Assembly: GCA_002104905.1 (NCBI GenBank)
Contig: MCFE01000256.1
Location: forward strand, 1 to 64,000
Reading direction: 5' to 3'
Origin: Basidiobolus meristosporus CBS 931.73
Taxonomy: Eukaryota > Fungi > Basidiobolomycota
Length of the DNA stretch: 64,000 nucleotides
The position numbers and the translations under genes were made by a program. This document shows, piece by piece, positions 38,899 to 48,744 of this stretch (positions within the stretch are counted from its first letter, which is position 1; the number at the start of each line of letters is the position of its first letter). The notes under the pieces are model-generated. The model made no database searches. It saw nothing but the letters and a program-made list of their open reading frames with translations, and was not told the origin of the DNA.

Positions 38899-41800
38899 CT
38901 AATATATATGTGCAAAACTCCTATACTTGAATAACTTAAGTTGGTTTCCTGCAACTGGTGCTCTCAACTGGGTGCTGTCAAGCTTGGATATGTAATAACT
39001 TCCACTTCTAATCACTTTGGAAATGAGGTAGGGGCCAGTCCATTTGTTGTCAAACTTCCAACTCCATTGTTTCTCCATGGTGGAATCATAGAGTAATACT
39101 GGGTCTCCTAGTGATAGTGATTTTGGTCTTGTTGGGTGTGATTTGTCAAAGGGCACCTTGTTCTTCAGTTGTGTATCCTTAAGTTGTTCAGCAGCTCTGC
39201 TGATAATCAGGTCATGGTGTCCAAGTTGCTGTATGCAAGTTGCAAGGAGGTCTTCAGTCTGCATATTGGATCTCTGATTCCATGAGTCCCAAGTGACTGT
39301 GTTTAACTCAGCTGGTAGTATGCAGTCATGTCCATAGAGTAGTTTGAATGGCAATAATCCAGTTGTACTCTTGGTAGTAATTCTATCTGCCTAGAGTGCA
39401 AGATGTAATTGCTGTGGCCACAGTGTTGTGTTATTCTCCCAGGCCTTGACAAGAGAGTTCACCAATAGTCCATGTCCTCTCTCTATCATTCCATTGGCTT
39501 GAGGGTGGTAAGCTGTTGTAAAAGCAATATGTATCTTGTACTTTGCACACAACTCCTGGATCATTTGGGATGTCATCTCTCCTCTGTCAGCAACAAACTG
39601 TTGGATGCAGCCAAATCTGCAGATAATATCTTCAAGTATAAATCTCCATATGGTATGGCTCTTGTTGTTGGGCAAGGCTTGAGCCTCTACCCATCCACTA
39701 AGGTCATCTCTAGCAACAATCAGGTACTTTTTCAATCCAGCTGTTGGCATGTGGGCAATGTCAATACCAACCTTTTGCCATAGACAGATTTTAGAAGTAG
39801 GATGTGGTGATTCTTCATAATGCTTGGCGGATCTCTTCTGGCAGGCTACACATGACTCAACAAAGTGTTGGATATCATAGTACATGTTTTCCCAGTAGTA
39901 CCTGTGAGCTGTGGTATTGTAGGTAGCTTCTCATCCTCTATGTCCTCCTGGTTCTCCTTAGTGGATACTTGTCATGATGTTCAGTTGCTCTTGTGGGGTA
40001 GTGACTACTCTTCTTGGCATAAGTCCAGGCTTCACTTGTTTAAAGAGAAGATCATCTTTGAGATAGTAGTGGTGTGCCTTCTTTCTGAGTTTTCTAAGCT
40101 CCTGAGTTTCCATCCAACTAGGTTTCTTGAGTGTCCTTAGGTACATCAGGCTTGTTAATCATTCCTATAAGTGGCTTGGCATCTGTCTCCAAGATGAAAT
40201 GTGTCATGTAGAGTTGTGACTTCAGCTTCCTCAGCATCTTCACAACTCCTAGTAGCTCTCTCTTAATCTGTTAGTATCTTTGTTCTCTAGGAGAGAATAG
40301 GAAGCTCTGATATCTGCTGGCATAGTGGTTGCCATCTTCATCATCTTGGCCAAGTAGTGCTCCAGCTCCTATAGGGCTTGCATCCACTGTCAAAATAGGT
40401 GGTCATTCAGTGTTCTGATAGTCAAGAGGTCTTAGAACAGGTGTAGATGCTAAGGCCTCTTTCAGTAGTTGCATGGTTTCTTCTTACTCTTCTCCCCAAA
40501 TGAATGGGGTATTCTTTCTCTGTAGCTGGTAGATTGGCTCTGCTATCTCAGAAAATTTTGGGATCCAGATCCCAAAGAACCCATAAGCTGCCACAAAGCC
40601 ACAGACTTGTGTTAGATTTGTGGGGGTAGGCCAGATGCATATCTTTTGTGTCATGAAGTCTCCAGGTGAACAACCAAAGGTGTTGCATTTTTGTCCAACA
40701 ATGGATATCTCTGATACACCAAAGCTGCTTTTCTCACCACTGATGCTGAGTCAAGCTTCTTCATTGGCTTGTAATATGGCATCATGTCTGAAATATTGTC
40801 ATAAACAAGCTTTCTTACTCCAGGCATCACTTCAGTGGTGTCCTGGAATTTTGGTCCTTTGATGCCTATGTCATCAACAAAAACAGCAAGTTTCTCAGGT
40901 ATAAACTGGTACAGCACATTCACCATGCATCTCTGGAACTGAGCCACAGAGTTTGTAGCCCCTTGACTGAGTCTTGTCATCCTTAACAGTCCAAATGGTG
41001 TCTGTAGTGCAAACATGTCTCTTGATGTCTTATCAAGGGGGATCAGGCCATATCCTGAGTAGAGATTGTATGTTGAGTAGATGGAGTGGCCACTAAAGCT
41101 TTCTGCAAAGTCATCAGTAGATGGAGGTATAGCAGCATCTCTGATAGTGACAGCATTTGCAGGTTGCATGTCTTGAATGAATTGGAGCTTTCCATACTTC
41201 TTTTTGCTCACAAACCATCTGTTAGCATTAGATCCATGGCAAGGTTCTAGGATACCAGCTTCTCTCTTCTTCATAAGTAGGTCATGCGCATCAGCTTGGA
41301 GTTCTCTGGGCAGTGAGTAAGGCTTAGATGACCAGGGTGTGTGGGGCACTGTATAAATCTTGATAGGGTTTTCAACCAATGTCTTTAAGAGTCCCATCTC
41401 CTTGCCATTATATGAGAAGACCTTATCATGCCTTTTCAAGGTTTCTTCAAATAATAGTATCTCCTCTGGTGTTAGGCTTCCATCACCAATGATAAGTTGC
41501 TTAAGTCTCTCAGGAGTAAGTTGTATATCTTCCAGTGCTTCTTCTGGTGGTCCAATGTAATCAGCAGGTTGAGATCCATCAGTCAAAGGTGTAAGTGATG
41601 GTCTAATCTTTTTTTGTTCAGTATTGTCATCCTTTTGGTGGTCTTCATGGTTTGTCTGAATTATATGGGTGTCCATATGTTCAACAGCTTGTTGACTTGT
41701 TCTAAGCTGCTCATCAAAGGTCTTCCTAACAGATGGGGATACACTCATGATTTCTCCAACCAACAAAGTGCGGTTCTACTACAGCAGCTTCTCAGTAATC

Positions 41801-42617
41801 AGTTGAGGGCTTGAGTAGCTTGCTATCTTTGAGGTCATCTGAAAGTGAGGTAACAGATCTTGGGTGGGCAGCATACTCGGCCTCTTGTCTATGACAACTT
41901 CAGGTTCTTCAAATTGTGGTCTTCTAAGGATGGGTTTGGCGGGTACTTCAGGGAGGTGTCTTCTGGTGGCAAAGGCATCAACCTTGTATTGTCTGTTGTC
42001 TGGGCAGTTTGGATTCACTGTATGAGTTCCAATAGGGGCATCAGGAGTGATCTTTCTGGTTGCTGAGTCAGATTTTGGGAAAAGGGCCCTCATTCTGCCT
42101 CTTTGGAAATTAGTGGGAATCCTTATTTTTTCATCTCTGCAAAGCAAGGAATGCCAGACTTGTCATCCTTGGCTGCATGTAAGTCAACTTTCCTTGCCAA
42201 GTCCTGGGGAAGCCTCTGTGCAAGGTAAAGTGTCATGGTAAGCTCAGTTTTTGTCTGGAACTCTAAGAGTGACTTGGCCATATCTTCATACTGTTGAATG
42301 AACTCTTCAAGTGGTAGCTTGGAAAGTCCAGTCCTTCCAAAGTAACTGAGGTCTTCAATTCCATAGTATATCTGGGGTTTACCATACTTGGTATGTAGGT
42401 AGGTCTTCATTAAAGCCCAGTTAGTGAGAATGTCTCATTGTCTGAGAAGCTTAGTGGTAATATCAATGGTGCAGTAGTAGGGGAAGTCTTCAACCATTTC
42501 TTGTTTAGATAGGCTGCACATCTTGCAGAGCTTCTCCCATTTGAATATGAAGCTTTCCACATTCTTTCTATCAAACTGTGGGGCTCCATGTGAGAGTGGT
42601 AATGGCATAGAGTTCAT
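38899..42617 (-). pseudogene. Ty3 gag-RT-partial RNase H-integrase, multiply frameshifted
   Basis: gag-like APQFDRKNVESFIFKWEKL; RT FALQTPFGLLRMTRLSQGATNS and VFVDDIGIKG; integrase ARDDLSGWVEA...PQANGMIERGH and WTGPY. Confidence 0.88.
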
Positions 42618-42736
42618 TTTGGGCAGGTAGGTTGGTGTTGTAATTTAGAGAATATCAGTAGTCTCTTTTCAATAAGTGGATAACAGCTCAAATATTCAGG
42701 TAAATCTTGCTTGGTCCTAGGGAGCTTTGATGAACC

Positions 42737-42753
42737 CCCCACATTGGGTGCCA
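42737..42753 (-). promoter_or_regulatory. PBS of tRNA-Lys(CUU) type, CpG-decayed
   Basis: Sense TGGCACCCAATGTGGGG versus the canonical Lys1,2 PBS TGGCGCCCAACGTGGGG; both differences fall at CpG. Confidence 0.8.
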
Positions 42754-44149
42754 AATATGTGGTAGTGTATAGGTCCAAGAGAGAGATAAGTCCAATACTT
42801 CTCAAGTGTTTTGTGTGTGGGATATTCACTGGGTGCAATAACCTCTGGCAAAAGCTTGCTAGGAATGCTTGGGTTCTGTCTCTAATCAACTGTGATGGGG
42901 AATAAAGCCACAAGCTTGTCAAGGGACAACTATTGAGCTTTAATCCCCCACTTAGTTGGCATCTTAACAAAAGTATGTGCTGGGTTCAGCGTCCTTTGAG
43001 ATGACAATGTACTAAAGCTTCCAAGGTCAAAACAACTGTAAGCTCCACCAGCAGGGACTTGATAAGAATGCAGCTGTGGTCAATAGTTACAAAGACAGAA
43101 AAGTATCTTTGTCTGTACAAGGACAAACCTGGGAAAGAATCAAATATAATAAAAGATACTTACTCTGAGTATTCTTCAAAAGTAGTGCCTCCAAGGTCAG
43201 TTGGCTGTCAGCGCAGTTTCCTGGGAGTGTCCTGTGGTCTAGGGTTGGAAGTTCAGGTAGCAGCAGGTAGCAGTAATTACACTAATCAACAGGTTGGTAT
43301 ATTGATAAAAGGGATGATGATTTATTGTTGAGGGATAGCCTCACTTATATACTTTTCTCACTGGCTAAGTGATTACTAATCATGGTGTTCCAGAAGGTTC
43401 TGGAGATCAATAGAAATCTTAATGACATCAGAATGAGCTAAGAGTATTTTAAGTAGGTTCTGGAAGGTTCTAAGAGGCACAGCACATCCAACCAATCAGG
43501 AATTGGTATTATGAAACCTGTGTAATGCAGGGACACCATATATGGTATGAAAATGGTAGGGATGGTGACATGGGTTGATCATGTGTCACCAGTACTGGCG
43601 CGGGTACTTGCCTGATATAGAAGCACTTAGAGCTGGTAATCTTACATAAAGTGAGGGATAACTGATGCAATAAGGTAAGCAGGTGTAATAGTCAACTGGC
43701 TTATGGGATAGTACTGATCAGGTAAGACAAATGGGATAAAACTAAAATAAATGTAGTAGAGATATAGGGAAGTAGAAAATATGGGAATGAGCACATCTGT
43801 CAGTTGGTGTCACTGTCACCCCACTACAGCACAAACTCATATGGATCAAACATTGACTTTTCTGGTCCAGACTGCACTTGTGAGCTGGGGGATGGATTTT
43901 GTCTGGGTTGTACTAAAGATGTGTTGAGACTTGGTATAGGGACCATAGAGACACATTTCAATACTTATATAGTAGTATATTGGCATCAATCTGGTCTTAT
44001 ATGAAGTATATATAAAAACTGATGTGGTTTTTGAATTTTACATATATTATGTATGATGCATCTTGGATTGCATTGACATGGATTGGATCTCATCAATCAC
44101 AGATTTTGTATCTTATTATAGACTTGTGAGTAAATCATCACTAAAGTCA

Positions 44150-45194
44150 CCAAATTATTGTTTGATGACTTACTCATCTGAATGGCCTTTTCTCATCAAT
44201 CCCATCACTACCTCTGGATTCCCTTTTGACACATTAGAGGGGATATATATAAATTACTGTGGATCATCTACCCCAATCTACTCAAGAAGATCTCTTGTTA
44301 AGCTTCTCTGCTATTACAAGAACTATTGCCCTATAGGCTTCATCCCACCATTCATGGCAACAAGAGTCCTAGAAGCTTTCATTCCCAGCCAACAGTAATG
44401 GAGAACCACCTTGTAGAGGGTGTGAATGACTTAGAGCAAGCTTGGACTACAAGGTTCAGAAGCTCCAATAGACTTCCATATCCCAAAGTGCTCAGCAACT
44501 GGCTCCATAGCAGGAGTATTTTGGATACCTTCCCATTCAGGATTAACAGACCTTCTAGGGGGCAGAGGTCCTTTTAATTTTGGCAAATGTAAGGCACACT
44601 GTATGAAGTCTGAGGCACTGTCTGACATTGAGGGTAACATCATCTGGCTTAGTGGGCCATTTGCTGGAAGTGGGCATGACAAAGCACTCTGGGTGGAGAT
44701 TCATCCAGAATTCAGTAGAGGGGAGAAATGTATGGCAGATTTGGCTTATATAGGAGAGGATTACCAGTGATTAGGATGTATTACAGCTCATAGGAGGCCA
44801 AGGAATGGAGAGCTTAGCAGGAAGCAGAAGCTCTACAATGAGATATACAATCATTTCAGAGTGAGAGTAGAGCATATATTTGGATATCTAAAGAAACTCA
44901 GCATATTAGTAGGTAAATACAGACACTATCCAACGGAACAAGTCTAATGCACAGTGTATTCATACAAGATGACATCCACTGAGAGAAATGTGTCAGGAGC
45001 ATTAGGAAGAGAAAATAAAGCAAGAAAGCACTGATCTGAGCAACATAAGTAGAACTGAGTAAATTACCACTAACTGTATCTTACTACTGGCATAATGGTA
45101 GAAATCAGAGTGCCAGATAGTGCGGTAGAGTGCCAAATCAATCCAGCACTATAAACAGGCTGGCACTATGTGACACTATCCAATGGAACAAGCC
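44150..45194 (+). mobile_element. Degenerate DDE_Tnp_4 (PIF/Harbinger-IS5-like) transposase relic with right TIRs
   Basis: Across frameshifts it reads KCKAHCMK..DIEGNIIWLSGPFAGSGHD..MADLAY..RVRVEHIFGYLK. TIR ends CACTATCCAAYGGAACAAGYC at 44944 and 45194 are each followed by TA. Confidence 0.75.
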
Positions 45195-45196
45195 TA

Positions 45197-48005
45197 TTTG
45201 ATTGTGAACAATACAAACAACTAAGCAGCAAGGGCTACTTTGAAGGTATGTATGGCTATGCCTTTGCCTTGGCACTTGATGGATTCTCATTTAGCAAGTA
45301 CTCTACCAGCAAATCCTGCAGGCCACAGATTCTCATCAACTTGAATCTGCCACCTATCTTACAGTGTCACACTAGATATCTGATGGTAGTCTCACTGGTA
45401 CCAGGGCCTAAATCACCATCTTACCTGGATAGCTACCTGTATCCATTGCTGGATAAATTTTGCATGCTTTAAGCAGGGTACTAGTCAATAGACTTGTTCT
45501 GTTGGATAGTGCCACATTGAGCCATGAGTGCCAAATGGTACCATAGTGTGCTAGAGAGGCCAAGTGAACCTATACTTGGTCACAGAGTGCAAAGCATAGC
45601 TCTGCATCTTTATGTAAAGAAGCCCCTGTGTTTCACCTATGATGCAGGAGAATATCCATTTTTTGACATTTTCTTGTGGATCAACGCTGTGCAGGATGTG
45701 TAAGAGCACAGAAGAACTGAAGACATGCATCAGGTACTCAACAACCATGGCACTCTGAATCTAACTCCAGTGGCTTGTAGCATGTCAGAAAAATGCATGG
45801 CACTATCTTGGTCCACTGGTACTATCTGGCACTATAAGTGCTTTGTATAGATCTTACTTTAGGGCCAATAATTATATATAGTGCCAGATAGTACCAGTGG
45901 ACCAAGATAGTGCCATGCATTTTTCTGACATGCTACAAGCCACAGGAGTTAGATTCAGAGTGCCATGGTTATTGAGTACCTGATGCATGTCTTCAGTTCT
46001 TCTGTGCTCTTACACATCCTGCACAACATTGACCTAAAAAAAAGGTCAAAAAATGGATTTTCTCCATCACAATGGATGAAACACAGGGTTGGCTTTGCAT
46101 GAAGATGCAGAGCTATGTTTAACACTCTGTGGCCAAGTATAGGCTCATTTGGCCTCCCTGACACACTACAGCATCATTTGGCACTCATGGCTCAATGTGG
46201 CACTATCCAATGGAACAAGTCTAAAGGCTTTCATGTCAAAGCACATATTATTATTTGTATTGGAGATACCCCAGTTGTCAGCAAGATAGCTGGCTTTTCT
46301 GGGCACAGATGATGGTGTTACTGTCCAATGTGTGGGATCCAGGGGATTTACTCCATAACTCATACACATTATTATCATCCAAACACCAACATGATGAGCA
46401 TCATCTTCCCACAGAGAGAACATAGAGAAGTCAGCATGCAACTGCAGCAAATTTGGCATGCTATAAGCTATTGGCCAGAATATGGAATTAACTGGAAACC
46501 AGAGATACTCAAGATAGAGGGTATCTGTTGTAGCAAAAGCTTTCCACTGGGAGCAATGCATTTGCTTTTCAACAATATCCCTAAACTGATGACCAAGTTA
46601 TACATGGGGCACCTCAAGCCAAATTAGCCCTTTAAAATACCATGGAAATTTGAAAGAATTGGCAAGATGTTGCAGAGTATCTGCTACCCTAAGTACTTCT
46701 TTCAGGCTCCAATCAATATTCATGCATATATGCAACAATACAAATGCAAGGGCTGGATGATCTGGAAATATATTCATTCAAGTGGCATTCTGAAGCTATT
46801 TCTACCAGTAGTACATTGAAAGCATTGGGAGTCCTATGTGGATATTGTAGGAATATTCTTCTAGAAGCAGATCACCAATGCCAACTTGATGCATCTACAG
46901 CTTTTGTGCAAGGGGTTTGTCATGGGATTTGAGCAGCTATAAAACAAACATAAAGCTGAATGTCTGGATTTCTGCTGCTGCTGTATCATCTCTCTACTCC
47001 ATCTTGCTTGGTGTATGGAGAATATTGGGACTTGCTTCACCTTTTGAGAGTTTCCTATGGAGCAGATGTGTGGGGAGGTACAAAGACAAGTCAAGTTGCA
47101 GGTACTACCATATCCCAATCTCATCAAGATTATTACCTTGAGGTCTTCCATGGATGTATTGAGTTGGCACATGGAGGGCAGCCAGGACAAGTTGGAATAT
47201 ACTGAGGGCACATGTGTGCATGGAGGCACCTATGCCTATGGGATTAAGAAGCTAAGCAGCCCCAATGTGTGGGTTATCAGTTAAGTAATGCAAAGCTGTT
47301 GGGTGCAACAAGCAACTAATCTTTGTTAGAGTGGCTTTATCAAAATATTCCAGGTTTCTCTTGGTCATTAGTTGGTTTCTATACCAGTCAATATGGAATT
47401 TACACAAACAAGAGACAGAGCACACCCATAAGGGGGACTAGGATCCAGTAGGGAGAAGCAATATACTGGCTAAATATCAAAATGCTTGTTGCAGAGATTC
47501 AGGAGGTTCTTATGACAAAAGTGGTAGCAACCAAGCATATGTTTGCAATATGTACATGTTACCAGCAATACAAGGTATATTGCAGATTTTCAAGTATTAC
47601 ACTAAAAAGCCATAAAGTTCAGGTGGTAGAAGAGTATAAATTGCAGCAAGTGTGTGCATATGTAGAGGTTAGTAAGCAGGAGGCCATAGTATTTTTAATT
47701 TAAACTATATGTGAGATACCCAAGGTAGTAGTGGGTAAGTGAATACAGAGGGGTGATTCTACAGTGGAAGTATCAATAGCACAGGGAGAGGTAGAAACAG
47801 GAAAACACATTTGGTAAATTGGTATGGTAGCATTATACAGAATTAGCTGTAGGTTGCCATACTGCCATTAAAATACCATCAGTGGTGTGCATTGAGGCTG
47901 ACAAAGCACCTTCAAGTTTCTTGCCTTAGAAGGCAATTGGATGTACTGGCTGGTCAGATCTACTCCAATAGATGTAGAGTGCATCAAGACTGTCGCAATG
48001 CCATG
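45197..48005 (+). mobile_element. Degenerate CACTA/EnSpm-like (Transposase_21/Tnp2-type) transposase, interrupted by a foldback element
   Basis: Motifs ALALDGFS, LINLNLPP, VPGPKSP.YLDSYLYPL, CIGDTP..SKIAGFSGH and SFPLGAMHLLFNNI; homologous to 33380-35350. Confidence 0.8.
45491..46221. mobile_element. Foldback (almost wholly palindromic) non-autonomous DNA transposon
   Basis: Inverted arms 45491-45836 and 45877-46221 with a 40-bp spacer; TA on both flanks; termini GACTTGTT...AACAAGTC match the DDE_Tnp_4 TIR. Confidence 0.9.
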
Positions 48006-48379
48006 CATCTCCTGTCAAAAGACTGCCAAAACCCTGTCAAGTCTTCAACTTTATTTTTGTTGCAATAATGTGTAAAAACGATGCTATAACAAATTTGGAT
48101 ATCTTTCTGGACAATAAAAATTTTATAAATAAACGCATTTTTCCAAAATTGGTAGAAAAGATCAAAAACCTAAAATTTTTAAATATAGGTGCAGAAAACA
48201 TGATTATACCAGATGAAGCATTTAATAATATGGAAAGTTTGGAATTAGCAAAACACTGTTGTGATCCTGTCATAAAATAGTGTAGTGGGTGATTAATTCC
48301 AAGCTGCTATCATTATAACAGTCTCTTGGTGCAATCCTGGCAGCAGATCTGGATTCCAATGTCAATATATCAGAGACCA

Positions 48380-48600
48380 CTTTCCTGTTGTCATATTGTC
48401 ATCTTCACCTTCCAAACTTTATAGTTAGATCTATCCAACTTTGCAGTTAAGGAAAGTTCCAGTAATAGTAGTGGTAAACATTGCAGAGAGTGCCAGCTTG
48501 GGGATCATAACCTGTTGTAAGATTCTTGGAGATAATTAAAGCAATTGGGAAAACTAGTCAATTATGTGGTTTTCACTTAATGATTTATTCATATCTAAGC
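48380..48600 (-). mobile_element. Copia gag start, PBS and truncated LTR fragment
   Basis: Colinear with 2130-2330; LTR sequence begins at 48513. Confidence 0.75.
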
Positions 48601-48744
48601 AAAGTGCTGTTTGTAGACAATTCTTGGTTAAAGGTAGAGCTTGAACAGTCTATGACTACTTGCAAAATATCCAACAAGAATCCAAGTTTGAAATACTAAC
48701 CACAAGGTGCAAAAACCCCCAGATCCCAATTTTGCACCCAACCC

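Larger units (their letters stand above)
36714..43828 (-). mobile_element. Ty3/Gypsy element with ~1.07-kb LTRs and a tRNA-Lys PBS; decayed and internally deleted
   Basis: 5' LTR 42758-43828; 3' LTR 36714-36947 plus 38020-38859; PPT 38860-38873; PBS 42737-42753; TSD GCGC/GCAC. Confidence 0.9.

Noticed and set aside
37249-43331. Three near-identical 90-aa ORFs (37249, 38090, 43059) that look like a small gene family
   Set aside because: They lie at the same position in three LTR copies, on the antisense strand, and start at TTG; the repetition is explained by the LTRs.
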